A DNA stretch of 37,776 nucleotides, taken from positions 1 to 37,776 of the forward strand of contig JBMNUR010000003.1 of assembly GCA_050946395.1 (NCBI GenBank), read 5' to 3'. Both the position numbers and the translations under genes were made by a program. This document shows, one piece after another, positions 1-8,603 of the stretch. The DNA is from Peptococcales bacterium (lineage in GTDB: Bacteria; Bacillota; Peptococcia; Peptococcales; BICA1-8). The first letter of the stretch is position 1. The number at the start of each line of letters is the position of its first letter. Under the pieces are notes generated by a model. The model was not told the origin of the DNA. It worked only from the letters and a program-made list of their open reading frames with translations, and searched no databases.

Positions 1-2
1 AA

Positions 3-143
3 ATTACAGAATTGGATGCAGAGATTATCCGAGAGTTCATTGACAAAATTATAGTATTCAAGGCTGAAAAGGTAGATGGCCGCAGAACCCAGCGGATTCA
101 AATTTTCTATAACTGCATTGGCGCTATTGATTTGCCAAACTAA
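3..143 (+). CDS. C-terminal end (5'-truncated by window) of a large serine recombinase with DUF4368-type tail (TnpX-like)
   Basis: Manual translation of frame 3: [46 protein letters not shown], the typical DUF4368 C-terminus. Not in the ORF track. Confidence 0.8.
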
Positions 144-153
144 ACGAATAAAC

Positions 154-189
154 GGCATAGCCGAATTTCAACGACTATGCCAAATTTTT
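154..189 (+). terminator. Hairpin after the recombinase gene
   Basis: GGCATAGCCG-N8-CGACTATGCC imperfect stem followed by AAATTTTT. Confidence 0.5.
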
Positions 190-266
190 CAGGAATTATA
201 AATCCCTATCTGACCGCTCCTAATATGAGCTGCTTTTTTATTCTTTTGTCCTTTTGGCACTCACCT

Positions 267-1499
267 CTAGGGCACCAATGTCTCCCTCATACGCATACTT
301 GCACTTACTCCAGCTAAAAATGGTAGGATGGCTACTAACCCTATAGCCCATGTTGCCCCTAAGTAATCTGCCAACAATCCGGCCATTAATGCCCCGAAGG
401 CATAACCACAATCCCTCCAAAAACGGTATACACCCATAGAAGATGCCCGCCAGTTAGGTGCCGAGACATCACTGATTGCCGCCTGCAAAGTGGGATAAAC
501 CATTGCCGTACCCAATCCTAAAGAGATAGCTCCCATAAGCCATAAAAAATAGCTGTTGACCGCTAGAAAGAACCAAAGCGCAAAAGCTTGGGTAAACATA
601 CCACCTGCTATTAATTTTTTTCTGCCAATTTTATCACTGATTATGCCTGTGAATAATTGAAAGAACCCCCAGGCTGCAGGGTAGACGGCTACTACTGTGC
701 CCATTTGGTGAACATCCAGACCCCCACTTGCAAGATATAGTGGGAAGAGTCCCCAGACCATACCATCTTTTAGATTTGTTGCCAGGCCTGAGAAACAAAT
801 GCTGGAAAGATTTCTGTCTTTCCAGGTAGTAAGGCAGAAGATTTCTTGGGAGGATAAATACTTTTGTGGTTGATCTTGTGTCTGAGATTTTAAATGTCCG
901 CCTGTATCCTGAACGGTTAAAGAAAGCAAAACTCCGATAATGGCAATACCGATCCCCAGATAAAAGGGGTGGGGCCTCATATAGTAGGAAGAAGCAATAT
1001 ATCCCGACACAGCAGCCATAATCGCGACTCCGGAATATCCAGCAAACTCATTTAACCCCACAGCCGTTCCTCTTTGATTATTATTTGAAATATCCATTTT
1101 CATATTTACTGTCATAGACCAGGCTAACCCTTGGTTAACACCTAATAATACATTGGCACAGACAATGACCCACCAAGCCTTTGCAATAATAATCAAGACA
1201 GGTACAAATAAACCAGCTAACCAGCCCACTAAAAGGACTTTTTTGCGACTTTGCCACTTATCAGCGATTTCACCTGCAAAATAATTCACTACTGCCTTGG
1301 AGAAACCAAAACTGACAATAAAAGAAAGAACTGCACTGGTAGAAGCCAATTGAAATTGGCCCTCGCCTAATAGAGGCAGGATAGTTCTTTCAATTCCTAC
1401 CATTGAACCAACAAAGATATTAATAATTAACAGTAAAATGAATTGACCCAAGTTTTCTCTAATTCCGATTGTCTTTTTAGACAACTCCTCTATCTCCAT
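267..1499 (-). CDS. MFS transporter
   Basis: 410 aa, about 12 hydrophobic segments, MFS motif A-like GEIADKWQSRK and GIISDKIGRK. Confidence 0.9.
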   Translation of the reverse strand: MEIEELSKKTIGIRENLGQFILLLIINIFVGSMVGIERTILPLLGEGQFQLASTSAVLSFIVSFGFSKAVVNYFAGEIADKWQSRKKVLLVGWLAGLFVPVLIIIAKAWWVIVCANVLLGVNQGLAWSMTVNMKMDISNNNQRGTAVGLNEFAGYSGVAIMAAVSGYIASSYYMRPHPFYLGIGIAIIGVLLSLTVQDTGGHLKSQTQDQPQKYLSSQEIFCLTTWKDRNLSSICFSGLATNLKDGMVWGLFPLYLASGGLDVHQMGTVVAVYPAAWGFFQLFTGIISDKIGRKKLIAGGMFTQAFALWFFLAVNSYFLWLMGAISLGLGTAMVYPTLQAAISDVSAPNWRASSMGVYRFWRDCGYAFGALMAGLLADYLGATWAIGLVAILPFLAGVSASMRMRETLVP

Positions 1500-1699
1500 T
1501 TCCTATAATTTTTCTCTTTTATTATTCAACTGATGATAGATTGAGGACATTACTAAATCTGGAATTATGCCCTAAAAGAGTATGCCCCCTGTAAAATTAA
1601 CAACAGAATTTTTTATATCAATTTAAATATTCAACAATTAGTTATATTTTCCTTTTTGGCGAAACAATTTGCCGTTCCATTTTTTTATATCAATAAAAC

Positions 1700-1736
1700 A
1701 AAAAATACCTTGCCGGATACCGTAAGGTATTTTTTT
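1700..1736. terminator. Bidirectional intrinsic terminator downstream of the Wadjet operon
   Basis: AAAAAATACCTTGC...GTAAGGTATTTTTTT. Confidence 0.75.
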
Positions 1737-1760
1737 CACATCTTCTCTACATAGCGAATA

Positions 1761-1820
1761 TCCTATTATGCACCACCAGAGCATCCCCATGGTACAGTTC
1801 ATGAAACAAAAGAAGATGCC
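1761..1820 (+). pseudogene. Relic of the 3' end of a cupin-domain gene
   Basis: Translates SYYAPPEHPHGTVHETKEDA, matching the conserved YAPPxHPHGTVHxTKxDA tail of Bacillota cupins. In-frame TAG upstream at 1752-1754. Confidence 0.6.
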
Positions 1821-1821
1821 T

Positions 1822-3093
1822 TCAAAGCTTATTTAATAAATCATCGACAAGTTTATCAGAAATAAGCAAGGCTTCCTGCTCTAACCGTATCTTATTTTCC
1901 AATAGATAGGTAATTACCGGGTAGAACTCTTGATATGCGTCCTTAAACAATAGCTCCTTCAACTGAAAATTGTAACCTTTATTGGTTTCTTCACAATACT
2001 CCCGAAATTCCTGAACTGTATTAACATCCATAAACAAAGGTTGCAGGGAGGGTATGATTTCTTTTAATACCTGAAAAATCCTAAAACCCCCCATATCAAT
2101 ATCACCCCAGTGATAAAAAGATAACTTAATCTGTTCCTCTAAAGTATAGGAATAAATCCTTGCCAGGAGCTCCCTTTTTCGAGGTCCGGGGAAACCTCCA
2201 ATGTATATTAACAATATTTTCGCCGGAAGTTGCCGGCTGGCCAAATAATGAAAATTGGACTTGTTTTCAATGGTTAAAATTACGCTAGCCTCAATTTTAC
2301 TAATTTCCATCTGCCTAGCGAAACCGATGTCGATAATACCGCCAAAAGGGAAGACTCCATAATCCAGAGTCTGCCCTTGATAGGAAAAAACTATATTACC
2401 CTTGACCAGTAACTCTTCGGTAGTCTTTTCAATGCCCAATTCAGCCATAATATCATCGTCATCCAATTCCTGTTCACAATAGGCAAACTCTCTGGCTATT
2501 GCAGCTAACCGTTTTCTTAATCTTTTCTGAAAGACTTTACTATTTCCTAAATATTTTTTACTAAAAACCCGCTCAAGGATAGGCTGACCTGCCAGTTCAT
2601 CCAATCCTAACAAAGCTTGCAATAATAGTTCCCTTTCCTCTTCCTCCGGAGGCAAAAAGATAGGAATACCTTTATTTTTTTCACTCTCCCTTAGGGCGCT
2701 GTTTAAAAAAGCCTTTATCCAAGGTAAAGAGATTTTATCCTGTAATTCCTTTAACCTTTTTTGAAAACCTTCCACTGTATCTTTTTTGGGGATTCTATGG
2801 GCCAATAAATAAGCCTCTTCTACCTTGTCAAGATTTAAGGCTACGTTATCCAGAAGATTTCCCTTTTCAAAGGGCAGCCAGTTAATAGTAATAATGTCCT
2901 GTTGGACCAGTTCCTGGACCGCCTGGTGTATAGCCACTTTAATATGAGGCTGGTCAGTATCCCAGTAAAGTGGCATATTTTTGGCTTTAAAGGACAGCTT
3001 GACTTTCCGGTTGATAACTGCTTCATCTTGATAATGTCGACTGGCTTCATATTTATCAAGCAGAGCATTTAGAATTTGTACCCCAAAATCCAT
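1822..3093 (-). CDS. jetD: Wadjet nuclease JetD (DUF3322/DUF2220, Toprim)
   Basis: TIENKSNF, WGDIDMGG (DxD) and C-terminal RLEQE motifs. Probable start is MDFGVQ at 3093, 1 nt after the jetC stop, rather than 3150. Confidence 0.9.
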   Translation of the reverse strand: MDFGVQILNALLDKYEASRHYQDEAVINRKVKLSFKAKNMPLYWDTDQPHIKVAIHQAVQELVQQDIITINWLPFEKGNLLDNVALNLDKVEEAYLLAHRIPKKDTVEGFQKRLKELQDKISLPWIKAFLNSALRESEKNKGIPIFLPPEEEERELLLQALLGLDELAGQPILERVFSKKYLGNSKVFQKRLRKRLAAIAREFAYCEQELDDDDIMAELGIEKTTEELLVKGNIVFSYQGQTLDYGVFPFGGIIDIGFARQMEISKIEASVILTIENKSNFHYLASRQLPAKILLIYIGGFPGPRKRELLARIYSYTLEEQIKLSFYHWGDIDMGGFRIFQVLKEIIPSLQPLFMDVNTVQEFREYCEETNKGYNFQLKELLFKDAYQEFYPVITYLLENKIRLEQEALLISDKLVDDLLNKL

Positions 3094-3094
3094 T

Positions 3095-6000
3095 TCAAGC
3101 CCCCATTTCCGCCAATTCCCTGGAATCGAAAGCCCTGACAATAGTTTCATTTTTGATTCTGGTCACGCATAAATTACGGTCAACCAAAGGAGCAATATCC
3201 CCTATTTTTTCAGTAGGGGCTGAAAGAATAACTTGTAGCCCTAGCTTTCTAATCAAGTTGATACTTTCTTTTATGCGCTGATGATCCATTTTACTATAAG
3301 CTTCATCAAAGACAATGATCCGTGCAGTGTTATTAGCCTTCTGCTTTATCCGGTAAAGTTGGGCAAAGGAGGCCAGGACCGAGATATAAAAGGGGGTCTG
3401 GGTCTCTCCCCCGGACTTTTTGGAAATAACCCTGGAAAGCCGAGATTCCCGTCCTTCGTCGTCAGTAACAATCAAATCAAAATCCAGATAGGTCTTGTAG
3501 TCAGTGAATTTCTCCAGATTTTTGTTAAGGGCCTCCCGTTTATCTGCCGTTAATAAACCTTCACCGGTTTCGATTATCTGTCTGAACAGTTCTTCGACCA
3601 CATCCCGATACTTTTGTTGAAAGGCGTCGGAAAACAGAGTCAAACCCTCCATCAAAAGTTCATCACAAATCATATCATAATATTTTTTATACTCCTGGTT
3701 AGGACTTACTTTAAAACGATACTTATCTCTTCCCCAGGATACATCCTTTAAGGCTTTGTTCAAATCCTCTATCTGTTCACGGGCAGCATCAATATTGCTT
3801 TTCAGCTTGCTGATAAAATCCTCTTTAAACTGCACTTGAGCCTTTTCGCGGGCATCTCGAATCTTGGCTTCATAATCAACGATAAAGGTATCTTCCAGTT
3901 TCTTTTTCTCTCCGGAGTAGGCCTCGTTGGCCTGAGCTTGGATGTCGAAAGCTCCTCCGAAATCCTGATTATATCTAATACGTTCACCAACCAAATCGGA
4001 CCACTTATTTTCCATCCGAGTCTGGGTGCTTTTTACCGCATGGCCAAAGGAGCTAAAGATCTGCCGGGAGTCCTTCCGTTTTGCCACTTCCTGTTGAAAA
4101 CGGGGTTCCCCTATTTCTTTTACCCACTCATGGGGGTATCTTTCTTTGAGAAAAGCTTGCTTTTCCTCAATCTTTATTTTTATTTCCGGAATAATCTTTT
4201 CTTTACTTTCTCTGGCCTTTTCCATCCCACCTATGTTTTTCTCCATCTGCCGGATTTGGCTATTTACCAGTTTTATTTCATTCTCTACATCGGCCAGTGC
4301 TTTTTCAATCCTATCCAGATAAGAAAAGTCCAGGCTGCCCAATTCATCAGTCAACCTTTTCCACTCTTTTTCCAGCTGAGGGAGGGTTAAAATCAGGTCC
4401 CGCAAATTGAGCATGTTTTGGATATTTTCATCATTGAGAATATTGGCGGACCTAAGTTCTTTGAGTTTTGCCAGAAGATTTTCTTGAGTATTAAGCTTAG
4501 CTTGATAGTGTTTTAGCTCTTTTTCCTTCATTTCGAGCTGTCTTAGCACTGCGCTGCGGCCGATATAGGGTATCTCATAGCGACCGGGATGGAGCTGCCG
4601 GGCCACAAAGTTTTGATAGAGCATGCCGGAAGGAGTAATAGCTGTTCTATATTCCCTTAGCTTTTCAACCTTTTCGCACTTAATTACTTTTCCTAAAATA
4701 AAATCGGCATAAGCCCGGGCTAAAGGATTGGCCGCTTCCACTTCTTCAGCCAGACTGTTGACCTGTAGCACAGGCTTTTTAGCCAGAATTTTTTCCACAT
4801 CGACCAGTCCAATATCATATATTTTTCTGGTAAATTTAAATTCATCATAAATCTTCAAAGCATCTACAAAAAATTGAGGCTCTATGAGGAGATAGAATTT
4901 TTGGGTATGGAGGTAGCCTTCAATGGCATTTCTCCAGCGTTCATCTTTAATTTCCAAGCAATCAGCAAATATTTGCGGCTCTATCTTTTTCCCAACCTTA
5001 ATAGAAAGTTCTTCCGATATTAACTTTTGTAACTCAAGGACACCGTCGGGAAAAGATTTAATCCCTTTTCTTAACCCTTCAATTTGCTCTTCCAGAAGTT
5101 TAATCTTTTCCACAAGGTCATCATATTCATTTTTCATCTGTACATACTGTTCAGCTAAAAAACCGGCAGCCTTTTGCAGTTGATCCTTCGTCTGACTTAA
5201 TTTTTCTAAAGATAAACCGTTTAAGTCATTTTCTTTAATAGAAGCCAAAATGGCTAAGGCCTGTTCTAAGGCAGGAGTATCGGAATAGTTGTTTACAAGC
5301 CACTGATTGATTTCCCGCCACTGGAAGTAATAACCCGAAGCCATGCCTATTAGCCGCTTTTGTCCTGCCTGTACTTGATTCTTTTTATCCTCCAACTGAT
5401 TGATTTTCTCATTTAGCTGTTGTCGCCTTTGATAAACATCGGAATTAATCTTTTCATTTACTAGCTGTTCCTTTTTCTGATCCAAGAGAGTAATTTCTTC
5501 TTCTTTGGCCTTTATCTGTTTTTCTGTTTCAGCCAGGTCTATTTCTAACTTCTGAATTTCTGCCTCTAAAGCTAGAATTTCCTCTTGCAGCACTTCTTCC
5601 TGAGCCCGGTCTGTTAAATAGCTTTGCATCTCATAGCGTTGTTTTTCTTCATGGAATATTTGATATTTCTTTTCTATTTCATCCAATACCGTCAACCGTT
5701 TTTTAACCATTTCCAATTCCTGTTCCCACTGTTTATAATAACGGATTGTCTCCTGCATATCAGTAATATCAATGGTACTATCCACATCACAAACAAAGTC
5801 ACTGATAAAACCTTTGATGTCCATAATGGGGGAAAAGGGCACGGCCTTCTTAAACAGCCGAAAGAATTTCTGGTTAACTTGACCTAATTTGGCCAATAAC
5901 AACTCTTTGTACCGGCCATTGGTATCAAAAAACTCGTATTTACTTTTGGCGAAGTTATTAAGCAGAAAGGCTTTTAAGCCTTGTCGGTTAAGTTCTGTAC

Positions 6001-6427
6001 CATTTAAGATAAAATGATTTTCCGGCAAAGGTCCGTTTAAATAAAAAAACTGATGCTCATGGCTCCCATCGCTGTAGCTATCAAAGACAATCCCTACGCA
6101 AAATGGATCATCTGTTACCTGATCGTTAAATTCCAGCACAATATATGATGAAAAATCGTCCTGTCGGAGATAGATGGTATTTGTTTGTTCATCCTCAGCT
6201 ATTTCACCCCGCAAATACCCTTTTAAAGAACGCTGGGATTTATCATTGGCAGCTTTGTTAAAAAAGTAGCCACCGGTATCCCCCAAAAGAACCAGTTGGA
6301 TGGCGTCAATAATTGTTGATTTACCGGCACCGTTTTTACCGGTCAGAAAGTTAATTTGTGAGAAATCAATTAGTTGATATTTTATATAGTGCCAGTTAAT
6401 CAAGAGCATCCGGTTCAATTGCTTCAT
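3095..6427 (-). CDS. jetC: Wadjet SMC-like ATPase JetC
   Basis: LINWH, Walker A GKNGAGKST, long coiled coils, signature KKSGGETQ, Walker B IVFDEAYSKMD. Start is 6427 (GAAGGTGA RBS) or 6436. Confidence 0.93.
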   Translation of the reverse strand: MKQLNRMLLINWHYIKYQLIDFSQINFLTGKNGAGKSTIIDAIQLVLLGDTGGYFFNKAANDKSQRSLKGYLRGEIAEDEQTNTIYLRQDDFSSYIVLEFNDQVTDDPFCVGIVFDSYSDGSHEHQFFYLNGPLPENHFILNGTELNRQGLKAFLLNNFAKSKYEFFDTNGRYKELLLAKLGQVNQKFFRLFKKAVPFSPIMDIKGFISDFVCDVDSTIDITDMQETIRYYKQWEQELEMVKKRLTVLDEIEKKYQIFHEEKQRYEMQSYLTDRAQEEVLQEEILALEAEIQKLEIDLAETEKQIKAKEEEITLLDQKKEQLVNEKINSDVYQRRQQLNEKINQLEDKKNQVQAGQKRLIGMASGYYFQWREINQWLVNNYSDTPALEQALAILASIKENDLNGLSLEKLSQTKDQLQKAAGFLAEQYVQMKNEYDDLVEKIKLLEEQIEGLRKGIKSFPDGVLELQKLISEELSIKVGKKIEPQIFADCLEIKDERWRNAIEGYLHTQKFYLLIEPQFFVDALKIYDEFKFTRKIYDIGLVDVEKILAKKPVLQVNSLAEEVEAANPLARAYADFILGKVIKCEKVEKLREYRTAITPSGMLYQNFVARQLHPGRYEIPYIGRSAVLRQLEMKEKELKHYQAKLNTQENLLAKLKELRSANILNDENIQNMLNLRDLILTLPQLEKEWKRLTDELGSLDFSYLDRIEKALADVENEIKLVNSQIRQMEKNIGGMEKARESKEKIIPEIKIKIEEKQAFLKERYPHEWVKEIGEPRFQQEVAKRKDSRQIFSSFGHAVKSTQTRMENKWSDLVGERIRYNQDFGGAFDIQAQANEAYSGEKKKLEDTFIVDYEAKIRDAREKAQVQFKEDFISKLKSNIDAAREQIEDLNKALKDVSWGRDKYRFKVSPNQEYKKYYDMICDELLMEGLTLFSDAFQQKYRDVVEELFRQIIETGEGLLTADKREALNKNLEKFTDYKTYLDFDLIVTDDEGRESRLSRVISKKSGGETQTPFYISVLASFAQLYRIKQKANNTARIIVFDEAYSKMDHQRIKESINLIRKLGLQVILSAPTEKIGDIAPLVDRNLCVTRIKNETIVRAFDSRELAEMGA

Positions 6428-7034
6428 CTTCATCACCTTCTTCCATCAAATGATCATAAATATAGGAAATCTTTTCATTGGTAACCAAAAGTAGAATGGC
6501 GGGGTAGATGATAACCCTGGTTTCCGGGCTAGTCCAGTCCCCCTCGATGCGGTCAATAATTTGAAATCTTTTAAGTGTATTTAGTCCTTCCCGTAGGGCA
6601 GTATCTGCCGGTTTTTTCTCCACCAGCCCTAGATTAAACATTTTTTCAACCAATTCACCCACTGTTGTAAAACCATGTTTGGCTAAGGTTAATTTTTCCC
6701 GTTGTTCTTCATAAATTAGTCTGAGGGTATATAAAAAATAGGTAGTATGCTTGTCCAACCTGTAACGGTTTGTCCCGAAACGATTATAAGCGGCCAAGAC
6801 TCCTAAATAGCCATCGGCTTGAATATGCCAACCGGCTTTTTGCAAATAGTCATTGAGTAGGTTGAAGTGTCTTTCTATAAAGCGGTAATCTTTATTAATG
6901 ACCAGGTTTTTGGTTTTCTGATCGTACTGATCTCTAATCACAAAAGTTTTAGACAATAATATGTTGACAATCCTTGGGAATTCTTCTTTATCTTTATCAC
7001 TAAGACGCTCCCAATCTTCGTTCCACATGTTCAT
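6396..7034 (-). CDS. jetB: Wadjet KITE subunit JetB (DUF4194)
   Basis: 212 aa, LRLIYEE and IIYPAI motifs, overlaps jetA and jetC. Confidence 0.87.
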   Translation of the reverse strand: MNMWNEDWERLSDKDKEEFPRIVNILLSKTFVIRDQYDQKTKNLVINKDYRFIERHFNLLNDYLQKAGWHIQADGYLGVLAAYNRFGTNRYRLDKHTTYFLYTLRLIYEEQREKLTLAKHGFTTVGELVEKMFNLGLVEKKPADTALREGLNTLKRFQIIDRIEGDWTSPETRVIIYPAILLLVTNEKISYIYDHLMEEGDEDEAIEPDALD

Positions 7035-8433
7035 TCCTCGCTTTTTCCTTTTTTATCAGCATCTCGGGTATCCGATATCCATTTACTTTTAAATAATCTT
7101 CAGCAAATTCTATCATATATGGTACATCCTCATCAGCCTTGACAACAGCTAAAATCAACTTAATAAAATCTTCATCCTCCGAGAGGTGTAAATCCCGGGA
7201 GCGGAGTATACCCTGCTTTTCCAGTTGACTCATGATATACTCCACTATTTTGCGGTGAGAGAAGACGTTTTTCAATCTATCCTTGAAAGCTGCTAGTTCT
7301 TGCTCCATCTCCTGTGAGCTGATCTGACTGGTCAAATCCCGCTTTACAGGCTGGTGTTCCCGTTTTCTCTGAGGCTGAACATATAAAGAATATTCATCAA
7401 CATAATGCTGTTGAAACAGCGGCAATTCTTCCGCTATCAAAGACAGTAATTGTTCTCCTTCTTTTGTGTCTTTTTCTTTACCTAGCTTTTTCAATATTTC
7501 AATCAATTTTCCCTTACTGTCCTGACCGGTGTTTAGAAAATACTGCATCCTTTCCAAAGAGGCCCTGGCATAGGCACTATTCTTTTTATCAATGGCCGAG
7601 AGCATTCTATCAATCTCTTGATAGGTATCCTGAATGCTACCCAGCATCAAAATTACTTCTTGCCTGCAAGTTTCCATATCAGCAGCCGCTCCCCTTTTGT
7701 GGGCGGTCTCAGCCATTTTTTCAATAATTGATGGAGTCAAAAGCCATTCCTTAACAATTTTTATAATCCGGGCTTTAAATCTGGGTACACTGTCAAAGGT
7801 TTTTAAGGGATGGTAGATCTTATCCGATATCTTGGCCCGGAAAATATCAAAGTGTTCTTCCAAGATCTCTTTGACCTCAAATTGGTCCTGCAACCTTTGA
7901 TGATAAAAACGAAGATTGGCCAGTAATTCCCGTAAAGAATTCTGCAGATTTTCCGTTAACTGATAAGCCTGGCGCAATCCGTCATACATATATTCATCTT
8001 TCTCCTCATCGGCAGTTTTAAGTATGGAGTAAGTCGAATAGACAAAACCGTTATATTCAATAGACTTGCCATGCAACAGGTCATAAATCAGGCTTAATAG
8101 TTTGCTGGCATAAACGGGTAAAATAAACTGCTCGGTAAAGCTTTTGGCATCCTGTTCCCTTTCCAACCAGCCAGTTTCCAAAAACTTGCGGATAATAAAA
8201 TGAGCCCGGGAAGAGAGATTATCATCAAGGCTCAATGGCCCATCCTCCCCTTCCAATTCTAGAATTTGGCTTTCCAGATTGGCGATTAGGCTAGCTACCA
8301 AGTCTTCTTTGGTTACTACGGGAGAATTGCGGTAAACATTCCACAGGACCAATAAAGCTTCAGCATATATTTTTTTATTAGGTGAAGTAAACACCGTATA
8401 GAAATTTTCCGGAAAAATATCATAGAATTTCAT
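7000..8433 (-). CDS. jetA: Wadjet kleisin JetA (DUF5716-like)
   Basis: 477 aa helical protein, N-terminal PENFYTVFTSPNKKIY, ETGWLERE, HPLKTFDS; first gene of the operon. Confidence 0.85.
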   Translation of the reverse strand: MKFYDIFPENFYTVFTSPNKKIYAEALLVLWNVYRNSPVVTKEDLVASLIANLESQILELEGEDGPLSLDDNLSSRAHFIIRKFLETGWLEREQDAKSFTEQFILPVYASKLLSLIYDLLHGKSIEYNGFVYSTYSILKTADEEKDEYMYDGLRQAYQLTENLQNSLRELLANLRFYHQRLQDQFEVKEILEEHFDIFRAKISDKIYHPLKTFDSVPRFKARIIKIVKEWLLTPSIIEKMAETAHKRGAAADMETCRQEVILMLGSIQDTYQEIDRMLSAIDKKNSAYARASLERMQYFLNTGQDSKGKLIEILKKLGKEKDTKEGEQLLSLIAEELPLFQQHYVDEYSLYVQPQRKREHQPVKRDLTSQISSQEMEQELAAFKDRLKNVFSHRKIVEYIMSQLEKQGILRSRDLHLSEDEDFIKLILAVVKADEDVPYMIEFAEDYLKVNGYRIPEMLIKKEKARNEHVERRLGAS

Positions 8434-8543
8434 TATTTATTCCCTTTCTCTATGCTCAAGACGACATACTCAATTGCTTCTTCTAAATTCTCCATTAATT
8501 ATACTCTTTTTCAAACATATTACTATTTTTGACAAAAAAATAT

Positions 8544-8578
8544 AAAAACCTGCATAGACTCGTTAAAGTAATGCAGGT
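8544..8578 (-). terminator. Intrinsic terminator after the lipoprotein gene
   Basis: ACCTGCAT...ATGCAGGT with an A-tract on the left. Confidence 0.55.
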
Positions 8579-8603
8579 AATACTTACTATGGGATAATAA
8601 GGT

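Larger units (their letters stand above)
1..215 (+). mobile_element. Right end of a serine-recombinase integrative element/transposon
   Basis: Recombinase 3' end, then ...ATCCCTATCTGACC abutting a half-broken host hairpin (GCTC-N7-GAGCTGC-T6). The boundary is inferred. Confidence 0.5.

Noticed and set aside
3281-5887. Plus-strand ORFs (90, 184, 86, 87 aa) inside jetC, and similar shadows inside other genes
   Set aside because: Antisense or alternate-frame shadows of well-supported CDSs, with no recognisable motifs.
3095-8433. Chromosomal MukBEF or SbcCD
   Set aside because: The four-gene order with a Toprim JetD identifies Wadjet.
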